A stretch of DNA of 64,000 nt from Planctomycetota bacterium. GTDB taxonomy: Bacteria > Planctomycetota > Phycisphaerae > SM23-33. Each line of letters begins with the position of its first letter. The stretch's first letter is position 1. Below, one piece after another: positions 33,220 to 42,402 of the stretch. The notes beneath the pieces were generated by a model that was given only the letters and a program-made list of their open reading frames with translations, searched no databases and was not told where the DNA came from. Location: positions 181,419 through 245,418 of the forward strand of contig JAKJER010000003.1 of NCBI GenBank assembly GCA_022705325.1. The letters are read 5' to 3'. The position numbers were made by a program, and so were the translations under genes.

Positions 33220-33389
33220 GGTAAAGCTCCTTTAGCCAGGAAACGTGCGCCCCGCCACCGCTCCACCAGGCCCAAAGGCCCTGGCGGCTCCTGCGCGACA
33301 GGTCGCGTTAGCTTTTCCCGCCTCGATTGGGCGGGCGACAGCGGCGCGGGCCAGACCGGACCTCGCGCCAGACCGTTAGATTGGCACGA

Positions 33390-34709
33390 TCAGCTCACGT
33401 CGAGCCCACCGGCATCGGCGGCCGGCTTCTTCGGCGCCGCCTTGGGCGCCGGCTTCGCAGCGGGCTTGCTTGTGGGCGCCTCGGGCTGAATGAGCTGAGG
33501 AGCGTTGGGATAGACCTCTTCGATCTTGATCGCCGCCGCATCCGACGGACGGATCGAGAACAACCTGCCGCACCGCGTCGCCACGTACATCGTCGGGGCC
33601 GTCGTGTTGGGCAGGAAGAGGTCCAGACCCTGCATGGGCGTCGAACTGAGCGCGGTGCCCTGGATTTCGTCCTTGATGTACAGCGTGTGGTCCTTATCGA
33701 GCAGGAAGGCCTTGCCGCCCATCGTGGCCAGAACGAACAGCCCGCCGGGCTGCTTCCACCGCTGCTGTCCGTTGACCAGGTTCAGGGCGTACAGGCCGTC
33801 GCCCCGAACGCACTGGAAGACCGTCGCCTGCCCCACTTGCGGACTGTCGTACAGGTGACGGCGGAAGTAGACGGGGTCCCACAGCGGACGGCCCGTGACG
33901 GCGTCCAGGGCGTACAGGCGCCCGTTGTTGGCGGCGACGAAGCAGCCCCGCTCGTCCACGTGGAAGGGACGGGTGAAGTCGCCCTCGAGCTTGGCCGACC
34001 AGGCGTCCTGGCGCGTTCGCCCCACCCGAGCGACGCGGACGTTGCCCCTCCGGCTGACCGAGTAGACGCTGTGGTTGTACACCTGGACCGGGGCGCTGAT
34101 CATGTCGTCGGCGGGGAACGTCCAGCTCTGCACCTCTTCGGCCAGGCTGACGGCGAAGGTCAGGCCCTTGGTGTCGGGAGCGAAGTAGTAGCCGCCCTCA
34201 AACGCGCCGCCGGAGGCCGCGGCGTAGGGCAGCTCGGCCCGCCGGACCTGCCGCCCGGTAGCCCGGTCCAACACGATCACGTGCGTCAACGAATTGAACA
34301 TGACCGCGTTAAACGGCTTGAGCACGGGCAGCTTCTGGCCGACCATGTCGATGATGCTGGTGGGCTTGTCCGACATCATCACCTTGTCCGCGTGAATCGG
34401 ACGGAAAACGGGATTGTCGCGGGGATCGATCTGGTAGGACCACCGCATGGCCAGCGAGCGGGCGTCACAGGCGATCAGGCGGTGATGGTCGGTCAGCAGA
34501 TACAGGTGTTCGTCCAGCCGGTGCATGGAGAGGATGTCCTCCCCGTCGTCCAGCTTGACCTTGAAGTGCGCGTAATAGTGCAGCCCGGAGCGAGCCAGCA
34601 CTTCCGGCTGGGGCACCCCGGCAAACTCGCCGCCCTGCTGCGGGCGACCGCAGCCGCCCAGCAACGCACCCAACGCCAACACCACCAACCAGCGTACCCA
34701 AACGTGCAT
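33390..34709 (-). CDS. PQQ-like beta-propeller lipoprotein (BamB-like)
   Basis: 439 aa with lipobox-like signal LVVLALGALLGGCG. Propeller motifs recur (GRLYALDAVTGRPLW, DGLYALNLVNGQQRWK). The protein ends in a Lys/Pro/Ala-rich tail. Confidence 0.7.
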   Translation of the reverse strand: MHVWVRWLVVLALGALLGGCGRPQQGGEFAGVPQPEVLARSGLHYYAHFKVKLDDGEDILSMHRLDEHLYLLTDHHRLIACDARSLAMRWSYQIDPRDNPVFRPIHADKVMMSDKPTSIIDMVGQKLPVLKPFNAVMFNSLTHVIVLDRATGRQVRRAELPYAAASGGAFEGGYYFAPDTKGLTFAVSLAEEVQSWTFPADDMISAPVQVYNHSVYSVSRRGNVRVARVGRTRQDAWSAKLEGDFTRPFHVDERGCFVAANNGRLYALDAVTGRPLWDPVYFRRHLYDSPQVGQATVFQCVRGDGLYALNLVNGQQRWKQPGGLFVLATMGGKAFLLDKDHTLYIKDEIQGTALSSTPMQGLDLFLPNTTAPTMYVATRCGRLFSIRPSDAAAIKIEEVYPNAPQLIQPEAPTSKPAAKPAPKAAPKKPAADAGGLDVS

Positions 34710-34755
34710 GGCAGACTCCTAAACGGCAAGTCAAGACGGCGGCCTGAAGCCGGAG

Positions 34756-35031
34756 CTAAGGCTCCAGCGTCACGTATTCGCTCAGATCGACGCGGTGGTC
34801 CCGCTCGAACTCCCGCAGGCGTTCGATCCGCACCAGATCGTCGTTGATGCGGTTGGCCAGTTTGAAGATGAAAGGCCGGCCTTCCAGCCGGGCTCGCAGG
34901 TCCGCGACCATCTCGTCCCAACTCCCCTCGTACAACTCGTGCTTGAGGACCACCAGCATGCGTTCCTCGCCGCTGAGGCCTTGCACAAACTGCCGTACGA
35001 TCTCGTCAGTCCGGGTCGAGGGGGTCGACAC
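34756..35031 (-). CDS. Hypothetical small protein
   Basis: The 91-aa ORF has normal composition (MSTPSTRTDEIVRQFVQGLSGEERMLVVLKHELYEGSWDEMVADLRARLEG...). No family is recognised. Confidence 0.5.
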   Translation of the reverse strand: MSTPSTRTDEIVRQFVQGLSGEERMLVVLKHELYEGSWDEMVADLRARLEGRPFIFKLANRINDDLVRIERLREFERDHRVDLSEYVTLEP

Positions 35032-35293
35032 TCCGGCACCTCGTCCTGCAGGGTCCGATCACCTTCGCCGTCCGCGACTGCTGCGTACGGCGTCCGCGCC
35101 AGGTTCGTACTCTAAGGCCCGAATTTTGATTTTGCAATACTATTTCCCTGTCGTGCCTTGCGGCGAGCCATCACCGCGAGCGGCGACAAATGGACTCCCG
35201 TTTGGCCGTTTGGATGCCCGGCGCCGGGGGCGGGATTTCTTCTTGCCCCCGAAAGTGCACCGGGCGACAATGCCGCCAACTGCGAGGTGAATC

Positions 35294-36175
35294 ATGATCC
35301 GATCGATCGTTGCCGCTGCGACCGTAACGCTGAGTCTGGCTGGCGGGCTGTGGGCTCAGGACGCCCCCACGGTCATGCCCCTGTGGGCTGACGGGGCCCC
35401 CGGAGCGACAGGCGACAAGGACGCGGACAAGCCCACGCTGACCCTCTGGCCCGCCCCGGCCGACAAGGCCACCGGCGCCGCCGTCGTCATCTGTCCCGGC
35501 GGCGGGTACGGCCATCTTGCCGTCGGCCACGAGGGCAAGGACGTCGCCGCATGGCTCAACAGCTTCGGCGTTTCGGGATACATGCTCAAATACCGCATCG
35601 CCCCCTACAAGCACCCCATCCCGCTGGGCGACGCGCAACGGGCTGTCCGCATCGTGCGGGCCAATGCTGAGAAGTGGAAGATCGATCCCGCCCGCATCGG
35701 CATCCTGGGCTTCTCCGCGGGCGGGCACCTGGCCTCGTCGGCGGCCACCCACTTCGACGCCGGCCAGGCCGACGCCGCCGACCCCATCGACCGCGCATCG
35801 TGCCGCCCGGACTTCGCCGTGTTCGTCTACCCGGTCATCACCATGGGCAGCTTCACCCACGGCGGGTCAAGGAACAACCTGCTGGGCAAGAACCCCGACC
35901 AGGCCCTGGTGGACCTGATGAGCAACGAGAAGCAGGTCACCGCCCAGACGCCGCCGACCTTCCTGGCCCACACGGGCGACGACCGGGCCGTTCCCGTCGA
36001 GAACAGCCTGGCGTTCTGGGCCGCCTGCCGCGCCGCCAAGGTGCCGGTCGAGTTGCACGTCTTCGAGTCCGGCCCGCACGGCTTCGGCCTGGGCAAGGCC
36101 GACAAGCCCTACGCCGCCTGGCCCAAGCTGTGCGAAGAGTGGATGCGCGGCCGCAAGCTGTTGGAGAAGAAATGA
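35294..36175 (+). CDS. Secreted alpha/beta-hydrolase (esterase, BD-FAE/acetyl-esterase-like)
   Basis: 293 aa with signal peptide MIRSIVAAATVTLSLAGGLWAQ, an oxyanion motif ICPGGGYGHL and a nucleophile elbow GFSAGGHLAS. The stop overlaps the next start (ATGA at 36172-36175). Confidence 0.8.
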   Translation: MIRSIVAAATVTLSLAGGLWAQDAPTVMPLWADGAPGATGDKDADKPTLTLWPAPADKATGAAVVICPGGGYGHLAVGHEGKDVAAWLNSFGVSGYMLKYRIAPYKHPIPLGDAQRAVRIVRANAEKWKIDPARIGILGFSAGGHLASSAATHFDAGQADAADPIDRASCRPDFAVFVYPVITMGSFTHGGSRNNLLGKNPDQALVDLMSNEKQVTAQTPPTFLAHTGDDRAVPVENSLAFWAACRAAKVPVELHVFESGPHGFGLGKADKPYAAWPKLCEEWMRGRKLLEKK

Positions 36176-36918
36176 CCGAGCCAATCGGCCGGCAGTTCAT
36201 GCGTCTGACCCGGTACGCGGAGATGGGGCCCGGCGACGAAGCGTTGGGCAAGCCCCAGCCTCCTTTGGAGACCGCCCCGGCTGCGGGGGCGACCATCATC
36301 AAGCTGACCCCTCCGACCGCCCTTGGCATTCCGCCCGTCGAACTGCGCGATGCGATCGAGCAGCGGCGCAGCCTTCGCGACTTCCGCGATCAACCATTGG
36401 AGGAGGTGGAGCTGTCGTGGCTGCTGTGGGCTTGCCAGGGCGTGAGGATGGTCTCGTCCTTGGCCACCTTCCGCAACGTGCCGTCGGCCGGGGCCAGGCA
36501 CGCCCTGGACACGTACCTGCTGGTCAACCGCGTTGAGGGCGTGACAGCCGGGCTCTATCGCTTCATCGCCGCGCGGCACGAGCTGGAACTGATCCGTCCG
36601 GACGAGGGCGGGGCGCACTCGCTCAAGGCCCGGTTCGCCCATGCCTGCCTCGGTCAGCACTTCATCGCGTCGGCTGGGGTCGTGCTGATCTGGGCTGCCG
36701 ACGTCTACCGCATGGCCTGGCGCTACGGGCAACGCGGTTACCGCTACCTGCACCTGGACGCCGGGCACATCTGTCAGAACGCCGCCCTGGCAGCCGAGGC
36801 AATCGGTTGCGGGCTGTGCCCCGTGGCCGCCTTTGACGATGATCTGCTCAACGCCGCCCTGGGACTGGATGGCTGCGACCATCTGGCCTTGTACCTGGCG
36901 GCAGTGGGAAAGCGATAA
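36172..36918 (+). CDS. SagB/ThcOx-type nitroreductase-fold dehydrogenase
   Basis: 248 aa with the blocks RRSLRDF, PSAGARHALDTYLLV and YRYLHLDAGHICQNAALAAEAIGCGLCPVAAFDD. This pattern fits the SagB-type dehydrogenase domain family. The gene is translationally coupled to the upstream esterase. Confidence 0.7.
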   Translation: MTEPIGRQFMRLTRYAEMGPGDEALGKPQPPLETAPAAGATIIKLTPPTALGIPPVELRDAIEQRRSLRDFRDQPLEEVELSWLLWACQGVRMVSSLATFRNVPSAGARHALDTYLLVNRVEGVTAGLYRFIAARHELELIRPDEGGAHSLKARFAHACLGQHFIASAGVVLIWAADVYRMAWRYGQRGYRYLHLDAGHICQNAALAAEAIGCGLCPVAAFDDDLLNAALGLDGCDHLALYLAAVGKR

Positions 36919-36942
36919 CAGCACCCGCACACCCTCCTGGTA

Positions 36943-38631
36943 ATGGACATTCTGCAGCCAAGCGTCTACAATCCGCGTGGGATGAATGTCAGTCGTATCT
37001 TATTGAAACCTGTGGCCTTTGCGGCCGGCCTGCACGCTTCCCGCCAAACGCGGGCGTTTCTCGACGCGCACAGGCGGACCGAACAAGTCCAGGCGGACCT
37101 GCTGGGCCGGCTGGTCGCTGCCCACGCCGACACCGATTTCGGGCGCACGCACGGGTTCGCTTCCATCCGGGGATACGAGGACTTCGTCCGGGCCGTTCCA
37201 ATCGCCTCGTACGAGACCTTCCGCCCGTACGTGGAACGGGTACTGGCCGGCGAGACGACCGCCCTGCTGCCTGCCGGCGTGCCCGTGCTCATGTTCAGCC
37301 AGACGTCCGGCACGACCGCTCAGCCCAAGCACATCCCCGTCACCGCCGCCTTCCTGGCGTCTATCCGAATGGGCTGGAACGTCTTCGGGCTCTTGGCGCT
37401 CCAGGACCACCCGGAAGCATGGCTGCGCCCCATCCTCCAGATTTCGTCGAGCATGCACGAGGCCACCAGTCCCACGGGCCTGCCCTGCGGGGCGATCAGC
37501 GGCCTGCTGGCGGCCACCCAGAAGAAGATCGTCCGCCGCATGTACTGCGTTCCGCAGGCGGTGGCGTCGATCGCCGATCCGGCCGCCAAGTATTACGCCA
37601 CCGTTCGCTGCGGTGTGATGCATGACGTATCGTTTATCACGACGGCCAACCCGTCCAGCACAATCAAGATGATCGAGACCGGCCAAGCCCACGCCGAACG
37701 GCTGATCCGAGACGTGGCCGACGGGACGATCACGGCTCCGGGCGAGCTGGGCAGCGAGGCCGAGGCCGTCTTGCGTTTTCGCCCCGCGCCGGGGCTGGCT
37801 CGTCGCCTCCAGGCGGGCCTGGACCGTGACGGTCAGCTCCTGCCCCGTCACTTCTGGAACCTCGCGTTCGCGGCCAACTGGACCGGCGGAACGCTGCGCC
37901 TGTACCTGCGCCGTCTGCGGGAGTTGCTGGACGACCCGCCCATTCGCGACATTGGACTGTTGGCCAGCGAGGGACGTTTCTCCATCCCCCTGGTCGACAA
38001 CACGCCGGCCGGCGTGGCCGAGATCCTGGGCAACTTCCTGGAGTTCATTCCCGCCGAGCATCGCGACGAGGACGACCCGCCTGCCCTCCGGGCTCACGAG
38101 GTGGAGGTCGGACGGGAGTACTTCCTGGTCTTCAGCAACTGGACGGGCCTGTTCCGCTACAATCTGGACGACCGCGTCCGCGTGGTGGAACGGCTCGGCG
38201 ACAGTCCCGTATTCGAGTTCCTTTGCCGGGGCCAGCACACCGCCAGCATCACCGGCGAGAAGATCACCGAGCACCAGGTGGTCGAAGCCATGCACAGGGC
38301 CTGTCTCCGCGCCGCCGCCCGCGTCGACCGTTTTGTCTTGCAGGGCTGTTTCGCCGCCCAGCCCTACTATCAACTCCGCATGGAGATCGACGGTCGGGCC
38401 CACGCCCTGTGCAGCTCGCTGGACGAGGAACTGGCCGCCCTGAACCTGGAGTACGCGTCCAAGCGCAAGAGCGGGCGGCTGGGTCCCATTCAGCCCGTCC
38501 ACCTGCCGGCAGGCAGCCTGGAACTACAGGAACGTCGGCAGATCCAATGCCGTCACGGCCGCGGCGAACAGTACAAGCACCAGTATCTGATGACCGACGT
38601 GCTGGACGAGCAAGGCTCCGCCCCGGACTGA
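36943..38631 (+). CDS. GH3 family (auxin-responsive-promoter-like) acyl-acid amido synthetase homolog
   Basis: 562 aa. The adenylating motif is FSQTSGTTAQPKHIPVT. Overall collinearity fits bacterial GH3 proteins (YEDFVRAVPIASYETFRPYVERV ... FRYNLDDRV ... SITGEKITEHQV). Confidence 0.8.
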   Translation: MDILQPSVYNPRGMNVSRILLKPVAFAAGLHASRQTRAFLDAHRRTEQVQADLLGRLVAAHADTDFGRTHGFASIRGYEDFVRAVPIASYETFRPYVERVLAGETTALLPAGVPVLMFSQTSGTTAQPKHIPVTAAFLASIRMGWNVFGLLALQDHPEAWLRPILQISSSMHEATSPTGLPCGAISGLLAATQKKIVRRMYCVPQAVASIADPAAKYYATVRCGVMHDVSFITTANPSSTIKMIETGQAHAERLIRDVADGTITAPGELGSEAEAVLRFRPAPGLARRLQAGLDRDGQLLPRHFWNLAFAANWTGGTLRLYLRRLRELLDDPPIRDIGLLASEGRFSIPLVDNTPAGVAEILGNFLEFIPAEHRDEDDPPALRAHEVEVGREYFLVFSNWTGLFRYNLDDRVRVVERLGDSPVFEFLCRGQHTASITGEKITEHQVVEAMHRACLRAAARVDRFVLQGCFAAQPYYQLRMEIDGRAHALCSSLDEELAALNLEYASKRKSGRLGPIQPVHLPAGSLELQERRQIQCRHGRGEQYKHQYLMTDVLDEQGSAPD

Positions 38632-38636
38632 AGACA

Positions 38637-38676
38637 AGACCCCCCGACGAACGGTCCTGCCATTCGCCGGGGGTCT
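38637..38676. terminator. Hairpin between convergent GH3 and EF-hand genes
   Basis: 9-bp perfect inverted repeat, agacccccg (38637-38645) and cgggggtct (38668-38676), with a loop of about 22 nt. It lies in the 80-nt convergent spacer. Confidence 0.35.
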
Positions 38677-38711
38677 GTACGTGGTGCGGTATGCTCTTTG
38701 GGTTCCGCCCG

Positions 38712-40163
38712 CTACTCGTTCTGCCGCACCGGCCTCACCCCGAGATCTTCTCCGAACTGCTGCATCAAGGCGACCGTCTCTTCCGCGCTGAGCCTTCCGT
38801 CGCCGTCGGTGTCGGCCTTGGCAATGCGGTCGCTCCAACTGGCTCGCATCCCTTCGACGACTTTCTCCCGCTCGGCCTGGTCGAGCCGCCCGTCCCGGTT
38901 CTGGTCGTATTTCAAGCCGAACTCGTCCATGTAGCGGATCAAGCCGGACGTGACCCTGGTCTGAAACTCCTTTCGCTCTTCCGGCGAAATCTTCCCGTCG
39001 CCGTCGTTGTCCATGTATCGCGGAGCCTGGCCCAGCAGTTTCAGGCCTGCCTCGCGCATCTGTTCGCCGGCCTGGCGGCGTTCCTCTTCGCTGATCTTTC
39101 CGTCGCCGTCGCGATCCATCATCCGGTCGCGAAGCTGCTGGCCGACGTTCATGATCTTCTTCCCGTACTCCTCGGCCTCGGCCAGTTCCTTCTCGTCCAG
39201 CCGCCCGTCGCCGTCGCCGTCGAAATCGCGCAGGCCCCACTGGAGGGCCGCAGCTTCCATGTTCGTGCGGGCCTGCTCGGCGAGGGCCTCGCGTTCGGAC
39301 CCGACGATCCTGCCGTCACCGTCGGCATCGAACTTGCGGATGGTCTCCTCACGCCGGCGCTCCCGGGTCCGGTCGACTCGGGCCTGGCGCTCGGCGTCGC
39401 TCTCGCCGGGGCGGCGAGCGAACATGCCGCCTCCGCCTCGCCCCTCGCCCGACTCGCCGCCGCGCCCCTCTCGGCCCGCCGGCGCGTCCGGCGGGGGCTT
39501 GATGTCGTCGTAGCGGGTGATGGGTTCGCTCGGACCGAACGGCGCGGCCTCGGCGCGATGTTCCTGCTCGCGACGGGCCCGATACTCTTCGAGGGCGGCG
39601 CGGCGCTCGGTCTCATTCAGCTTGCCATCGCCGTCCTTGTCGTGACGCTTGATCATCTCGGCGCGGCGCTGTTCCCAATTGTCGGACCCCGGACCGGCAT
39701 CGCGGCCGCTCGGGCCCGCAGCCAGACGCCTCTCCAGGCCCGGCACCTTGCCGGCGGCCAGGCTCTTGTTGGCCGCCTCGCGCTCCGCCCCGGTCAGACG
39801 CCCGTCCTTGTTCTCGTCGAACGCGTCGAGGACCAGGCGGCGGACCTCCCGGCGATAGGCGTCCACCTCGAACCAGTCCAGGGTCTTGTTGTTGTTCTTG
39901 TCGAACTGGATCATCCGCTCCCATTTGTCGAAAACGGCCGCCAGGCCCGCCCTACCCCGCGAGGCGGCGAACTCCTCCGCCGTCAGTTCGTTGTCCACCC
40001 CCGCGGCGGTAAAGAACAGGTTTCGTTGAGCGGTCGGGTCGTAGGGGTCCACCCGCCCGGCGCAGTGATCCACGGCGGCTGGCGCAGACGACTCCTGCGC
40101 CTGGCCCCGCAGCGCGCCAGCCGCAACGATCAGCAGCACAACCACGAGTTGCGTCCTTTTCAT
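38712..40163 (-). CDS. Secreted multi-EF-hand calcium-binding protein
   Basis: 483 aa with signal peptide MKRTQLVVVLLIVAAGALRGQAQ. It has about nine DxDxDG-type loops (DKDGDGKLNETE, DADGDGRIVGSE, DGDGDGRLDEKE, DRDGDGKISEEE, DNDGDGKISPEE, DQNRDGRLDQAE, DTDGDGRLSAEE, DENKDGRLTGAE, DKNNNKTLDWFE). Confidence 0.8.
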   Translation of the reverse strand: MKRTQLVVVLLIVAAGALRGQAQESSAPAAVDHCAGRVDPYDPTAQRNLFFTAAGVDNELTAEEFAASRGRAGLAAVFDKWERMIQFDKNNNKTLDWFEVDAYRREVRRLVLDAFDENKDGRLTGAEREAANKSLAAGKVPGLERRLAAGPSGRDAGPGSDNWEQRRAEMIKRHDKDGDGKLNETERRAALEEYRARREQEHRAEAAPFGPSEPITRYDDIKPPPDAPAGREGRGGESGEGRGGGGMFARRPGESDAERQARVDRTRERRREETIRKFDADGDGRIVGSEREALAEQARTNMEAAALQWGLRDFDGDGDGRLDEKELAEAEEYGKKIMNVGQQLRDRMMDRDGDGKISEEERRQAGEQMREAGLKLLGQAPRYMDNDGDGKISPEERKEFQTRVTSGLIRYMDEFGLKYDQNRDGRLDQAEREKVVEGMRASWSDRIAKADTDGDGRLSAEETVALMQQFGEDLGVRPVRQNE

Positions 40164-40470
40164 GTCTGCACTCCTCTGGCCCGGCCAATACGGTCCACCT
40201 CGTCTCCTGTAACCGCTGGGGCCTGCTCAAGAGTATACACGTCTGAAAGGGCGCCGGTTACATGTGATTTCCCGGGCCCTGCACCGGCAATGGGCTCACG
40301 CGTCTGTTCCGTCTCGACCGATTAGGATATTGCTGTCTGACCGCGCCGCGAAAAGGGGCCTCTCCGCGGTTGGCGGCAACAATATAGTTGTAGAGGCGGC
40401 GTTAAGCCGTGCAGCGGCCGGTGAGGGTAAACCGGAGGGCGCGTGGGCTGCGGATCTGTGACCGGAGACG

Positions 40471-40499
40471 TGCAAGTTCAGCCAATATAGCGACTTGCA
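40471..40499 (+). promoter_or_regulatory. Inverted repeat / hairpin immediately upstream of the gspE start
   Basis: tgcaagt (40471-40477) and acttgca (40493-40499) form a perfect 7-bp inverted repeat with an AT-rich 15-nt spacer (tcagccaatatagcg). The repeat ends 8 nt before ATG 40508 and overlaps the likely RBS. The octamer caatatag also occurs at 40380-40387. Confidence 0.3.
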
Positions 40500-40507
40500 G
40501 GATAGAC

Positions 40508-42184
40508 ATGAGTATTGCCGAAGAACTGTTGGATCGCGGAATGATCACGGCGGAGCAGTTCGCCGAGGCCATGACTCTACACAAGAGCGAGGGGCTTCGT
40601 GTGGACCGGGCCCTGGTGAAGCTTGGCTGCCTGAGCGAGGATGCCCTGCTTCGGATCATGAGCGAGCAGTTGTCCATCCCCATGGTCGACCTGAGCAAGG
40701 TGAGCGTCGACGTGGAGATTCTCAAGAACCTCCCGGCCAAGCTGGTCTACCGCAAGCGCCTTGTGCCGGTCAGCCAGCACAACGGCTCGCTCACCGTCGC
40801 CACCAGCGACCCCTTCGACCTCTACGCTTTCGACGAGCTTCGCCTTCTGACGGGACTTGAGATCCGCCCCGTGCTGGCCAGTGAGGATGACATCAGCAAG
40901 ATCATCAAGGCCAACTACGGCGTCGGCGGCGACACCATCGACGAGATGATGATGTCCACCGACGACCTGGAAGTCATCAAGGACAGCAACGGGGACACCG
41001 AGGACCTCCTGGAGATGGCCCAGGAGGCCAGCGTCATCAAGCTGGTCAACGAGATCTTCCTGGAGGCCCTCAACGAGCGGGCCAGCGACATCCACATCGA
41101 GCCCTACGAGAAGGACCTCAAGATTCGCTACCGCATCGACGGCGTCCTCCATGATGCCTCGGTCCCCCCCCAGATCCGGCGATTCCAGGCCGCCATCATC
41201 AGCCGCATCAAGATCATGGCCTCCCTTAACATCGCCGAGAAACGCCTCCCCCAGGACGGGCGCATCAAGCTTCAGGCCGGCGGTCGCCAGATCGATATCC
41301 GCGTCAGCGTCATCCCGATGCTCTTCGGCGAGGGGATCGTGATGCGCTTGCTGGACAAGGCCAACGTCCTGTTCACCCTGCCGCAACTGGGCATGGACGA
41401 GACCACATTCGGCACGTTCAAGGAACTGATCGACCGCCCGCACGGTATCATCCTGGTCACCGGCCCGACCGGCAGCGGCAAGACCACCACCCTGTACGCC
41501 GCCCTCCAGGCGATCGTCAGCCCCGAGATCAAGGTTCTCACCGTCGAAGACCCCGTCGAGTACAACCTCGAGGGCGTCAATCAGATTCAGGTCCACCCGA
41601 AGATCAACATGACCTTCGCCGCCGGGCTGCGGGCCATCCTCCGCCACGACCCCGACGTGGTCATGATCGGCGAAATCCGCGATTCCGAAACCGCCGAGGC
41701 CGCCATCCAGGCCTCCCTTACCGGGCACCTGGTGTTATCCACCTTGCACACCAACGACGCCTGCTCGGCCGCCACCCGCCTGCTGGACATGGGCATCGAG
41801 CCGTTCCTGGTCTCCAGCACGCTGATGGCCGCCATGGCCCAGCGACTGGTGAGGACCATTTGCTCCGAGTGCAAGGAAGCCTACAAAGCCGACCGCGAGA
41901 ACCTGCCCGCCGACTTCACGCCTCCCGACGACCTCAAGCTCTACCGCGGGGCCGGCTGCCGAAAATGTCGCGGCACCGGCTATCACGGACGAACGGGGGT
42001 CTACGAAATGATGCTGGTCAACGAGCCGATCCGCCAGCTCATCATGGCGCGCCGCACCGCCGGCGAGATCGTCCGGGAAGCCAGGAAGATCGGGCTGCGA
42101 TTGCTGCGGGAGGACGGCTGGGACAAGGTTCGCCATGGGATTACCACCCCGGAAGAGGTTACGCGAAACACCAGCTTCGCGTAG
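40508..42184 (+). CDS. gspE: Type II secretion / type IV pilus assembly ATPase (GspE/PilB family)
   Basis: 558 aa from ATG 40508. It has an N-terminal MshEN/T2SSE_N-like domain and Walker A GPTGSGKTTT. Further motifs are the Asp box, Walker B DPDVVMIGEIRD and His box GHLVLSTLHTND. The tetracysteine motif is CSECKEAY...CRKCRGTG. Confidence 0.92.
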   Translation: MSIAEELLDRGMITAEQFAEAMTLHKSEGLRVDRALVKLGCLSEDALLRIMSEQLSIPMVDLSKVSVDVEILKNLPAKLVYRKRLVPVSQHNGSLTVATSDPFDLYAFDELRLLTGLEIRPVLASEDDISKIIKANYGVGGDTIDEMMMSTDDLEVIKDSNGDTEDLLEMAQEASVIKLVNEIFLEALNERASDIHIEPYEKDLKIRYRIDGVLHDASVPPQIRRFQAAIISRIKIMASLNIAEKRLPQDGRIKLQAGGRQIDIRVSVIPMLFGEGIVMRLLDKANVLFTLPQLGMDETTFGTFKELIDRPHGIILVTGPTGSGKTTTLYAALQAIVSPEIKVLTVEDPVEYNLEGVNQIQVHPKINMTFAAGLRAILRHDPDVVMIGEIRDSETAEAAIQASLTGHLVLSTLHTNDACSAATRLLDMGIEPFLVSSTLMAAMAQRLVRTICSECKEAYKADRENLPADFTPPDDLKLYRGAGCRKCRGTGYHGRTGVYEMMLVNEPIRQLIMARRTAGEIVREARKIGLRLLREDGWDKVRHGITTPEEVTRNTSFA

Positions 42185-42402
42185 CAGAGCGCCGGCGGTC
42201 TTGCGTTGGTAACTGGAAGTTGGCAGCCTGGAGCGGTAGACAACCTCCGCGAACCTGCCTTGCGGGCCAAGCAGCCTGTGGGGCGTGAGGGACGGTTGGA
42301 TCGCTCGCATGGATTGGTTGACCCGCCTCTTGCCTTCGGCGGGCCCGAGGCCGCGAGGGGCCAAGAGACCGACGGACAGCGATCGACAGTCGAAGACCGA
42401 AC

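Noticed and set aside
36172-36918. A thiazole/oxazole-modified peptide (TOMM) biosynthetic cluster, suggested by the SagB-type dehydrogenase.
   Set aside because: No YcaO cyclodehydratase, no E1-like partner and no plausible Cys/Ser/Thr-rich precursor ORF are present in the neighbourhood. Orphan SagB-like genes are common.
42185-42402. A small gene in the 218-nt gspE-gspF spacer (track ORF 42206..42406, 66 aa, plus minus-strand ORFs).
   Set aside because: It has no RBS and no recognisable motif, its composition is Arg/Gly/Pro-rich, and it overlaps the gspF start. I treat the region as non-coding, possibly regulatory.
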